Both the position numbers and the translations under genes were made by a program. The notes under the pieces were generated by a model. The model searched no databases, was not told where the DNA came from, and saw nothing but the letters and a program-made list of their open reading frames with translations. A DNA stretch of 34,673 bases from Chlorokybus atmophyticus (Eukaryota; Plantae; Mesostigma and Chlorokybus algae): positions 183,185-217,857 of the forward strand of contig RHPI01000003.1 of assembly GCA_009103225.1 (NCBI GenBank), in the 5' to 3' direction. Of the stretch, positions 1 to 10,976 are shown in pieces. Each line of letters starts with the position of its first letter. Within the stretch, counting starts at the first letter, position 1.

Positions 1-308
1 GGGAGTTGAGTGGGGTGTAGGGGAGTGGGGGGGAGTCTAAGTGGAGAGAAGACAGGTGGGGGTTGACGTTGAGCAACTTAAAAACTAGGCTGGTGACACT
101 GTGTAGTACACACTTGAAGTGTGTTGGTCGCTCTGTGACACGTTTAGTAAGGCACGCGTACATGTGCGTTCACAGGCACGCACATATCAGCGCTAACAGT
201 TGTTATCACTGCAATTGTTGTTCCTCTTTACAGACAAGCTTTCTAAACAACCCAAACTGCTGACTAGACTATCTACCGCATGAACGAAGCATTCAATCCC
301 TGTGCATG

Positions 309-3300
309 TCATAGCACTCGGGTGGGCGGCACCTGCAGCTCCTCGTTGATCTGAGCACATATAGACCAAGTCAGTTAGCCAATGTGTGCCGACAGCAAGG
401 AGAGGGTCTAGTTTACTTGGCTTACCTTGGCGGTGAGATACTGGTTGAGCAGCGCCCTGAGCTCGGCGTTGTGCTGCTGCTGCTCACCAACACCCTGCAG
501 CAACTCCGCCCTGCACAGAAGGAGAGATTGTCACTAGAGTGTTATACACGCACACATGCACATGCATAGGAGGGACATGCACAGGCGCACATGCACACAG
601 CAGCACACTCGCTCGCGCACGGAAGTTCAACCGCATGCACGCACACGCACACGCACACGCGTCTCCTACAAGCCAACCATACCGTTGGCACAGCAGTGTG
701 TGATACTGTCCGAGTGCCCGTTCCAGCGCATCCCACGCTCTCGCCGCCTTCTTCGGCACCACATTCGCGAGTCTCATCCAGTACGCCGCTTCGGCCTCAT
801 CCTCCCTCCTCCTCTCCTTGCTCTTGCTCTTGCTCTTACTCTTCCCGCTCTTGTGACTGTTCCCATTGCCAGGCGTCTTGCTGCGCGCCCCGCCCTCGCG
901 CTGCTCGCTCTGCACCCACGCCTTGAGCTTGCGCAGGAGCTCGTGCGGGGGAGCAGGGTTCATGTTGGAGGTGGAGGTAGTGGAGGTGGAGGTGTTGTTG
1001 GTGGAGGTGGAGGTGGTGATGGCGGCGTGGAGACGCATGACGGCATCTGAGTCGGTCGCGCCCAAGACACGCAGCAAGGCCTCAGCACGCACGCGCTCCT
1101 GGGCCTCTGGCGGGAGCGTGTCCAGCACTCTCCTCACCTGCATGACAGTCAGTCAGACCCAATCGAGACTCGTATGCATGCGTGCGTGCCATACAGAAGC
1201 ATGCATGCACGCACGCATGTACACATGCACACTGTCATTCATCCTCACCTGTGCCTCGACCAGAAACCCCGCCTGCGCCACCAGTTCCCTCTCCTCTTCC
1301 TCCGGCAGCTTCACCCTCTCCTTCTCCCTCTCCTCCCTCTCCTCCCCCTCCTCCTCTCCCTCCTCTCCCTCCTCCCCCTCCTCTTCCTTCTCCCCCTTCC
1401 CCCCCTTCTCCCTCTTCCCCTGCCCCCCTCCCACCTCAAACACAAACACATCCGCGTGCGGCCCGTGCCACGCGAGCCCGAGGTGCTGTTCATGGACCAC
1501 GCGGTCGGCGGCGAGGAGCTTGGCAGCGGCGTCGGCGGCTAGACGGGCGTTGTGGGTGAGGAGGGCAGAGGCGCGGGCGTCGTCGGCGGCGCGGAAGTGG
1601 GCGGACTTGGCCTGGAGCTCGCGGAAGGCCTGGGTCACGCGACGGTAGTCCTCGGTAAGACGGGCGTTCTCGTCCGCACAACGCTTGTCCATGTCGGCGT
1701 ATCTGAAGAGCAAGATGGTGATGAAGCGTGATGATGATGACGACGATGATGACGCATGCACATACACGCGCACTTGGATGCGTACACATGCACTTACACT
1801 TACATGCATACAGGCACATGCATACCTGCACGCTGACACGCATACAAACGCACATACGCACGCGCACGCGCACATGTACAAGCACGCCTACATACGTGAG
1901 CACACACCAAACACACATGCACACAAGAACGCACACCCCTGAGTATACGCCCACTCGCACGCACCCACCCACCCATCCATCCACGCACTCACACCCCCAC
2001 CCACCCACCCACCCACTCTACCCACCTCTGTTTCATATTACTCAGCAGGTCCCTCAACCTCGCTATCCTCCGTTTCTGCTGCTGCACCGTGCTCTGATTC
2101 TCCTGATCCCTCTCCACCAGCACCCTGTAGTTGTACTCCAGCTTCTCCCCGTTGAGCTGGTACGTCGCGCGCATCCGCTCGAGGTGCTGCTCCAGCCGCT
2201 GCACGTCGGTCTCGAGACGGATCTTCAGGACGTTGTAGGACTCGGCGTCCGAGGTGCGGAGGGACCAGAGGGAGTCGCCGTGGAGACGGGAACGGTCGGC
2301 TTGAGCTTCGCCCCACTTGGCCTCGAGATGGGCGCGCCTGGGGCAAGGGAAGGGGCAAGTCCGTGTGGGTGGGTGGGTGGGTGGGTTGGTGGGTGGGAGC
2401 GTGTGCGTGTGTGAGTGCGAGTGCCTGTGCCTGTGCGTGTGTNNNNNNNNNNNNNNNNNNNNNNNNNNNNNNNNNNNNNNNNNNNNNNNNNNNNNNNNNN
2501 NNNNNNNNNNNNNNNNNNNNNNNNNNNNNNNNNNNNNNNNNNNNNNNNNNNNNNNNNNNNNNNNNNNNNNNNNNNNNNNNNNNNNNNNNNNNNNNNNNNN
2601 NNNNNNNNNNNNNNNNNNNNNNNNNNNNNNNNNNNNNNNNNNNNNNNNNNNNNNNNNNNNNNNNNNNNNNNNNNNNNNNNNNNNNNNNNNNNNNNNNNNN
2701 NNNNNNNNNNNNNNNNNNNNNNNNNNNNNNNNNNNNNNNNNNNNNNNNNNNNNNNNNNNNNNNNNNNNNNNNNNNNNNNNNNNNNNNNNNNNNNNNNNNN
2801 NNNNNNNNNNNNNNNNNNNNNNNNNNNNNNNNNNNNNNNNNNNNNNNNNNNNNNNNNNNNNNNNNNNNNNNNNNNNNNNNNNNNNNNNNNNNNNNNNNNN
2901 NNNNNNNNNNNNNNNNNNNNNNNNNNNNNNNNNNNNNNNNNNNNNNNNNNNNNNNNNNNNNNNNNNNNNNNNNNNNNNNNNNNNNNNNNNNNNNNNNNNN
3001 NNNNNNNNNNNNNNNNNNNNNNNNNNNNNNNNNNNNNNNNNNNNNNNNNNNNNNNNNNNNNNNNNNNNNNNNNNNNNNNNNNNNNNNNNNNNNNNNNNNN
3101 NNNNNCCTCTCACCTCTCCAGCAGTCCCGCAATCTCCCCTCTCATCCCCTCCATCCTCGCTTCCCTCTCCCTCCCCATCGCCCTCTCCGCCCCCTCGAGC
3201 GCCTCCCTGCACGCCCCCGCCGACGCGGCCACCCCCTCCTGCAACCGCTGCACCGCCGACACCACGAGCTCGGCCTGCTGCTTCGCGGAACGGAGGTAGT

Positions 3301-4238
3301 CGGAGTCGCGGTCGCGGAGCTCGGAGGTGAGGGAGGAGATCACGCGGTCTTTGCCCTGGGAGAGGGGTGGGTGGGTGGGTGGGTCAACAACAACACCTCA
3401 GGCTAGCGAGTCAACGCTTGCTTGAATTGAGTGTGGCTGGTGAAAGGCGGATGCGTTGGACCATGTGTGTGAGTATATACACACAAGCCCGTAGTATGCG
3501 TGCTGCTGTGACTTGGATTTTTACCTGAGCTATCTCCTTGCACCGGACGCTCTGTTCCTTTATAGCTGCTGCAACGTCGTCTGGTGTCTTACCCTCCTTT
3601 GCGCACTCCTCCCATCTTGCTGCGACGGCTGCGTTGGCGTTGGCGGCCGCCTCAGCCTCCGCCAGCACCCTCGCCCTTCCCTCGGTGCGCCTCCTCTCCT
3701 CCGCCGCCCGCCTCCTGGCCTCCCCGGAGTCCACGTCCGCCCTGGCCAGGGTGGCGGAGGCGGCGGCTGCCGCGGCCGTCGCACGCACGCGGGCGCGCCA
3801 GGCCGCCACATCACCGGCGCAGGCGTGACGCTCCGAGGCGGCATCGACGACATCGCCGCCGTCTCCGCCGAGTCCACCGAGACCTCCTGATCCACCTACG
3901 CCGCCTACGCCTCCTACGCCGTCGCCGCCGGCGCCCTCTCGGCGGGCGGCAAGCCTGGCCTCAATCCTCGCCCGCCTCACAGATATCCTCTGCTCACGCT
4001 CGCTCGCCGCCGCCGACAGGGTCGCTGCGGCGGCGGCGGCAGCTGCCGCCGCAGCTCCTGAGGATGCAGACGAGGGCCCTGGTCCGCCGCCTCCACCCGT
4101 GCCGTCCATGGCGTCTCCCGCGCCCATGCCCTGGGCGGCAGCGGCGGCGGCGTGGCTGAGGTCGTCGCCGCCGCCTCTGGCCTGTCCAAATGCATCAGGC
4201 CGGTCACGTGACTCGCGTTGCGTGTCGTCCCTGCACAT
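309..4238 (-). CDS. DRC1: Dynein regulatory complex subunit 1 (CCDC164/NYD-SP28 family), 7 coding exons
   Basis: Exons 4238-3525, 3355-3114, 2337-2026, 1702-1249, 1137-683, 510-426 and 350-309; all introns are GT-AG and phases match. Diagnostic stretches: EQRISVRRARIEARLAARR, DAESYNVLKIRLETDVQRLEQHLERMRATYQLNGEKLEYNYRVL, DRVVHEQHLGLAW, and C-terminal [28 protein letters not shown]. The start is uncertain: an acceptor-like TGTGCAG near 4232 and downstream Mets give alternatives. The gap at 2443-3105 appears intronic. Confidence 0.92.
2443..3105. other. Assembly gap (N run) within a DRC1 intron
   Basis: Run of N; the flanking exons join in phase without needing an extra exon. Confidence 0.98.
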
Positions 4239-4559
4239 AAGAATCTCTGAGGGCGACTGTTGCCTTCCATGTAGTCATCTGATGACTTGCGTGTTGCTGC
4301 AGTGCACTACCGTAGTGCCTCTTCGTAAGAGAAATGAAACTGTGTCAAACCATTTGAGCCAACGAGATGCTAATGCTTCTAATGCGTTCTGGCGCGGTAT
4401 TGACGGGGAAAACAAACCTTTTAGCCACCATTTTTTATGAAGGTTTGATGATAGTCGCACGCACCGCTTGGATTGAAGTGCGTGCGCTTGTACTTAGCAT
4501 TGTATATAAACCACTTGTGACATTGCCATCACGAATAACAAGGGCCATGACTTGTGATG

Positions 4560-5480
4560 TGCAACATTATGACTCGCATGCCAACATCACTTTCATTGCG
4601 TGTTTATACTTAACATATGTGGTTATATTCATAGCTGATTGCTGCTGATACTTCAGCACACTGCAGCAGCTGCAAGAGGGGCAAGTGAAGCATCTGCAAT
4701 TGTTGCAACAGTTAATTGATGCAGTGACAGCAATAGTTATCAAACAAGACAGCGTGATGTGAAGCACAACGGGCAGAGGCGTCTCTTGATTACAAACTTA
4801 TTTAGATGTCGAATAGCAAGTTCAGACACCATGCAATGCTCATTTGGTTGCATAACGAAGCAAGTAAGCCGCGTAACCCTTACATTCAAAAAAGGATTGT
4901 GGAAGCGCCTTAAGCAGCTGTTGATTGCTTGACATTTATGGGCTAGACTTGATTGCTTCACTTGCAAAACGACACGTATGCTTGTTGTTGTACATATGTG
5001 TTGATGAATGAGGTAGTAATGAATGAGGTAGTAATGTTCGGTTTTGCAAACCAGTGTTGATGTGTACAAGGTAATGATTTTAGTATCTGCCAAATGCCAT
5101 ACCTTGAATCTGGCTGACACAACACGTGTGCAAGATAAGCTGTGCAAGCTTGTTTTGACAATGTCGGCCGGTCCGTAGCGCAAGTGTGCACAGCAGTTGT
5201 GCAAGCATGGCAATTTGCTTCATTGCCGTTTGGTGCGCGATCGAAAAGTCAAAGAGAGATCATTGTTTGGCATTGCGTTTAGCTCACTAATATTCCAGCG
5301 GGCGTCTTCTTATGGCCCTCCCAAGGAGGGCCTCTTATATCCTGTCACAGACACCGCCCGACGGATGTGGCATGTGATAAGCATTATACGTGTGCAAGTC
5401 CCAAGTTAGGACTTGTGCTATACGCGTTGTAGGTGCGCGCCTTGTGAAAAGTCATGTTCGTCGTGGAGTGGCCAAGTGGA
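4560..5480 (+). pseudogene. Decayed ankyrin-repeat-like gene, copy 1
   Basis: Colinear diverged similarity to 9530-11030, for example CCATGCAATGCTCATT(T/C)GGTTGCATAA(C/T)GAAGCAAGT and GCGCAAGTGTGC(A/G)CAGCAG. Splice donors are conserved (GTAAGC vs GTGAGT). Contains stops and frameshifts. Boundaries are approximate. Confidence 0.45.
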
Positions 5481-5581
5481 ATGGCGCCGTACCGCCACTT
5501 TACGACATACGGGACCATCATTGAGGCGCACACCCACAGTAAGTGTAGCACGTGCTTTGACATTCATTGATGTCTTGAGTA

Positions 5582-7492
5582 CGTCGCAAATTTTACACGG
5601 TGACTGACGAGAAACTGAGGGACTGTTAGATGCCTGACCCTATCTGACCCTAACGGACCTAACGGCTTACGCCACAAAGGGAATAAACTGAATAAACTGC
5701 CGATGCGTATTGTGGACAATAATTAATTGCCGACCGCCGATCGTACTGTACAGTGGACTGTTGCCTACCGGTGATGACGTGACATCAACATTATTTGACG
5801 GCCGACCACCGGTTATACTGCTTCCATAACGGCGACCTACCTGTCATGGCAATTAAGTGTATATTCAGGCCCCTAATGGCGGCGGTCGATACCGGCGAGT
5901 CGGAGTTGACCCGCGGCCGGCCGTCGGCCGTACATAAGCCGCGGCGGCGACCAACCTACATTGGCAAGCAAGTGACCACTCAATCTCAACTATGTCTCCT
6001 AAGAGGGACAAGCGATGGCGGCGAGTACCTGTCAGTCCGATTATTTATATTTATATATTATTTATTTTTATATATTCGGCACACTTAATGGAACAATAGT
6101 ACCATTGCGATGGTACAACAGTCCCATTAAAGTACCCTATACGGTACTCATCATTCAATAGTACAACGCTGTTGTCGTACCATTTTAGTGGTACGAATGT
6201 ACCATTGAACTTGAAGACGTTGAGCGTTTGAAACGCAGCAGCGTTTCAAACGTTGAATGGCTTCATTTACAAGGACAGTTGTGCGGCGGCAGCGGCGGCG
6301 GCGGCGTTGGCGGTGGTGGCGGCGGCGGCGGCGGCACGGTTGGTGAGTTTGTGTATATGTGTGTACATAGAGTAGTTGAGTTGCATGTGCATGATGGCGT
6401 TATGTTAAGTGCAACAGCGCAACCCGCCCTTCTTACAGGCCAGGCCAGGCTAGGCCAGGCGGCGGCGGCGGCATGGTAGGTGAGTTTCTTTGTATGNCGT
6501 CGAGCATTTAAAAGGCAGCGTTTCAAACGCTGAACGGCTTCATTTACAAGGACAATTATGCGGCGGTGGCGGCGACGGCGGCGGTGGCGTTGGCGGTGGT
6601 GGCGGCGGCGGCGGCGGCACGGTTGGTGAGTTTGTGTATATGTGTGTACATAGAGTAGTTGAGTTGCATGTGCATGATGGCGTTATGTTAAGTGCAACAG
6701 CGCAACCCGCCCTTCTTACAGGCCAGGCCAGGCGGCGGCGGCGGCGGCGGCATGGTAGGTGAGTTTCTTTGTATGTGTGTGTATGATGCCGTTGTGTTAA
6801 CGCCCTTCTTGCCGACCAGGCCAAGCGGCGGAGGAGCGGCGAGGGCGGCGGAGGAGCGGCGGCGCAGGCGCGGAGGAGTGGAGAGTGGAGGAGCGGCGGC
6901 TGAGTATAAGGGTAGAGTATATAGGGTAGTAGTAGTAGCTTAATTTCGTGGTAGTAGTCGTCGTCGTAGTAGTAGCTCAATGTAGTTTACATTGTAGCGT
7001 AGCAACATGTTACAATGTTTATTGTTATTATATTATATTATATGATTGTGAATTAGTCAAGTTATTATATTATACTATATATATGTGACTTGCCGTCTCT
7101 CACGGTTGACGACAATCACACGCAGTAGCTGCTCGTGACGGAATGGTACCGATAGGTATTGGGGACAGTGATGTCAGGTACCTTGAAAGTACCATAAGGT
7201 ACCCCAAAGGTACCTGATAGTTGAATACCTTCGAGGTACAGTCGCCGGTACCTAACTGTTGGGTACCGGTTAGTTAAATCAAGTCCCCTTTGCTTGACTG
7301 ATGGGTATTCAACAGGTACCTGTCAGTCTAGGTCAGTCCCTTTATTGGCCGCCGACTAATGGTGACGGCCGTTATACTCAAGTCTCTGTATCGATTACAG
7401 GTGGACTGAGGTACGACAGTCTGAATGAGTAGCCTCAGGTGCACGGCCGTTGCCAATATTTCATCGGCCGGCAGGGGAAACAATTTGCGACG
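5582..7492. mobile_element. Non-autonomous TIR DNA transposon, TA-flanked (Tc1/mariner-like ends)
   Basis: Perfect 11-bp inverted termini, CGTCGCAAATT (5582-5592) and AATTTGCGACG (7482-7492), each flanked by TA (5580-81 and 7493-94). CGGCCG and GTAC motif clusters lie near both ends. No transposase ORF. Confidence 0.6.
6229..6780. repeat. Two near-identical ~270-bp GGC-rich units separated by a single N at 6497
   Basis: Direct repeat visible in the sequence; the join at an N suggests a scaffolding overlap rather than a real tandem duplication. Confidence 0.7.
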
Positions 7493-10325
7493 TAATGGCT
7501 TAATTACTCAATGTGATTCAAGTTTTATTATTGGTGTTGAGCCGTTAATGTCATAATATGATCAAAGTCATTTTAATGGTAATGCTTTACCTAACATGTT
7601 ATTACGTAATATCATAACACTTTCTTAAGATGCTTTATCACTTGCTGTGCTGATAGGTGAGGTGGGTCGCACGGCGCTGCCGCGACCTACCCCGCCGCGT
7701 GACAGGTGTCGCGCGCGGCACGTCACCGAAGGCTGTTTGCTGCGCTATCTGCGGTCATTTACGAAAAATGACCTATTTTAGCCCAATACCGTACGATTTC
7801 ACGTACTTTCAACGTATTACTAACAACTGCTTGCTGAACGCGTACCATTACGTTGCATTATTTTGCCAACAGTCGCGTACTTTGTTACTATGAATTCAAG
7901 AGCCTCCTCTTCAACATGCATATAAGTACTACTGGTATATCTTTGTAGCCTTCGTATGTGGGAGGTGTTATAAAAGAGTAACGTTTTTGATATTGTGTAA
8001 AGAGTTTTTGTATGCATTGAGTAATATTGAATGCATATTGTGTATGCATAGCAACAATCCATCATTTGCAACTTTACATACCTGAAGGCACATTTTGTAT
8101 AACTGGGAAGCTATCCCAACATTTTATACATTTATTGAAAGAAGGCAGAAACTTGCGTGTTCAATGGGTATTATGTATTGTAAGCAATAGTAACAATCTC
8201 ATTTTATAAATAGATAAAAATCTGCGGGCTTCACGTCCAACTTTATACTGGTTATTAATCATCTACTCCATAGTAAGAACTAAACCATATATCGACTAGC
8301 TGCATCGATTCAACACTAAATAAATCAATAATTAGTTAGATTGTATCGTATTCAGTACGATTTAGATGCAATTCAAGCAACATGCTATGATTATCGATAT
8401 AAACCTTTCATAATCACACCCTCTTAACCGAGCAAGCTTTATGATGTGTGCATTCAATCTACAGTATTAAAAACTGCACTTTGTAACAATTAGCACATGA
8501 GTGTGGCATGAAAATTATTATTATACTGATTATGGTTGTGCGGTCTGCGGCTGCTTAACTTGCATTCAATGTGATATACTGTTACATTGAGACCATAATT
8601 TAAACTTGATGAAGTTTGCAAGTGTTATCACATGTGTTTGCTGACATGTATTGATACTATTGCAATGTGTTGATAGCCATAATATGCTAAGTATAGCATG
8701 TTTTATTTCCATTTTTATCCACTGGGTCATGTTGTGCCGCACAGCAAGCTGCAATTTTAATATGAATTAAAAATTAAGAGGGTGCTAGATTATAAACCCA
8801 TAAATCTCAACATTACTTTTCTATTGTTGCCCTTTGGATTTTGCTTTGAATAAACTGTGGCACAATTAAAAGTTAATACTACGCGGTTTGCAACTTGGTG
8901 GCAAAAACATGCCAATCTATAATACTTCTCTGTCTTAAAAGTGGTACAGTAGCCATCCCAGTGTTAAGGCCTTATGATCAAGCTTAATCATGGCATGGTG
9001 CAATGAAGAGCTATGAGTGGGCCGCAAGTTTGCAGACGTTGACTAACACACGTCCAAGCAGCACCGCATTAATACATTAATATGAACGTTTCACCAAATT
9101 ATCTGCCATCTGAAGGAATCGAGGGGGGGACAACGTTTGCTAGACGGGTTGCAATAAAGAGGGCTTTTGTTTGCTCGCTTTTTTGCGCATGCAACGAATC
9201 ATTGCGATCGCATGTGTTTGGGTCCCGATGATTATAACTCATCCAAATGATTGCGCCTGTTAAGCAAAGCCCGCGAGTTATGGACCCTCCCGATTTTATG
9301 CCATTGTTCGGAACACGCTCGACACGTTTAAAAATGTACAATTAATATGATTATGATAAATGGTCATGAGCTTCCAAAGTTAAACAGCCTGCTAGGTATC
9401 AGGTTTGTCAATGATGTGGTGCGGCAAAATGTTCATGGTGTAATTCATATTGACAGGTTGATAACAATACATTATGAAGAAAGCACAGCTATTTGCAATC
9501 TGACATAACTTGCGAAATGACAATCAGCGGGTTTAAAGCAAGCTGGCTTTCGTGCCAACATCGTTCGTGTCGCGTATTAATATCATATAAAGCATCGATG
9601 CTTAACGTACTACGTAATAATATGTGGCTATAAATTGCGACCAATTGCTGCTGATACTTTAGCACATACAGCTGTGGCAAGAGGGGCACGTGAAGGTTCT
9701 GCAACAATTAATCTATGCAATAGCAGCGCTGCTTATTGGGTAGGACGACCTATGTGCCATATCAATGTGAAGCATACACAAAAAGTGGTATGCTTCACAT
9801 TGCGTCTCTTGCTTTTATTTTTAACTAGCAAGTTCGAACGCCATGCAATGCTCATTCGGTTGCATAATGAAGCAAGTGAGTTGCCTAACCCTCATGTGTA
9901 CAGTACAAGAAAAACATGTTGTGAAAGCTCTTCAAGCAATTGTTGATGAGCTGCTTCACTTTTATGGGCCAAACTTATCTGGGTTACATGCGAAGCGACG
10001 CGCATGCTTGTTGTCGAACATGTGCATCGGTGAGTGAGGGTTGGTGGTGTTAGGTTTTTGCAAGCAGACCGGTGTTGACATGTGCAAGGTAACTTTGTTT
10101 ATATACGTACGTAGATTAGCCGGATGTCATGCAGCACACCACGTGTGCAAGATACCATCCGCAAGCTTTTCTTTAAGACCACCGGTCAGCCCGCAGCGCA
10201 AGTGTGCGCAGCAGCTATGTAGTAGCAAGCATGGCCGCCATGCTTGCAGCAATTTGCTTTCTCACCGTCGGGTGGGCGATTGAGGAGTTTAGAAGATCGT
10301 TGTTTTGCGTTGCGTTCATTAGCTT

Positions 10326-10857
10326 TGTAACGGGAAGGTACATTGAATTACCACAAATCGACCATAAAAGTACCAAGTCTTTTGTGGTCGAGTGGGCTGT
10401 GACATTGGTCATCGGAGCTTGAGACCCGGGTTCGATTCCTGCCTTGCACACGAATTCCGCGGTCGTTATCTCTCGATCCAATAATCGTAAATGGTCACTT
10501 TATAAGTGCCATCATCGATGGGTCGCGACTTGCCTAATGGCAGTCGCGCCGAACTGACCAGTTCAGTCGGCGTGGCAGGGCGCGACCTGCCTATCGCGGC
10601 GACGCGACCTGTGGGGCCGGCAGCGGCGCGATATGCGCGCGTTGACCGGTATGGGCCTAAATTGGCCGGTCCTTGGATGGTGGGGCCGGTAACCGACCCT
10701 AAATCAGACCCCTGGGATTGATTCCCCAGCTGATGGGCGCCAGCTGCCGAGGACGTCAGCGTTCTTAAGTGGGGGGAATGTAACGGGAAGGTACATTAAA
10801 TTACCACAAATCGACCATAAAAGCACCAAGTCTTTTGTGGTCGAGTGGGCTGTGACA
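10326..10857 (+). mobile_element. Terminal-repeat retrotransposon in miniature (TRIM), 532 bp, 79-bp LTRs
   Basis: LTR1 10326-10404 and LTR2 10779-10857 (TGTAAC...GTGACA, 2 substitutions between them). 5-bp TSD AGCTT at 10321-25 and 10858-62. PBS TGGTCATCGGAGC at 10406-18, near-complementary to the initiator tRNA-Met 3' end. PPT GGGGGGAA at 10771-78. The paralogous host copy at about 5275-5305 shows the empty site. Confidence 0.92.
10385..10439 (+). promoter_or_regulatory. tRNA-type (type 2) RNA polymerase III promoter, A box and B box
   Basis: A box TGGTCGAGTGG at 10385-95 and B box GGTTCGATTCC at 10429-39, 44 nt apart as in tRNA genes. The context GAGACCCGGGTTCGATTCC resembles the tRNA-Gly T arm. 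Confidence 0.75.
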
Positions 10858-10912
10858 AGCTTGCTGATATTCTAGCGGGCGTCATCTTATGGCCCTTGCT
10901 TATCATGATAAG

Positions 10913-10976
10913 CACATATGCATGTGGCGGTATGCGTGTTATGATCATATCACGCATACCGCCACATGCATATGTG
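10913..10976. repeat. 64-bp near-perfect palindrome (26-bp perfect arms)
   Basis: CACATATGCATGTGGCGGTATGCGTG (10913-38) and its exact reverse complement (10951-76); the spacer contains the palindrome TATGATCATA. Confidence 0.95.

Noticed and set aside
1989-3406. Long ORFs spanning the N gap (also at 23858-24747)
   Set aside because: Artefacts of translating N as X.
5633-5670. Telomere-like repeat (CTGACCCTA..CCTAA)
   Set aside because: Only 2-3 irregular units; better explained as subterminal motifs of the TIR element.
6229-6780. Genuine tandem duplication or Gly-rich CDS
   Set aside because: The units join at a single N, which is typical of a scaffold overlap, and the ORFs are GGC-repeat read-throughs.
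10373-10450. Functional tRNA gene
   Set aside because: The A and B boxes are good, but there is no anticodon stem-loop (the LTR end and PBS occupy that position), the acceptor stem does not pair, and the T stem has a mismatch. It is part of the TRIM.
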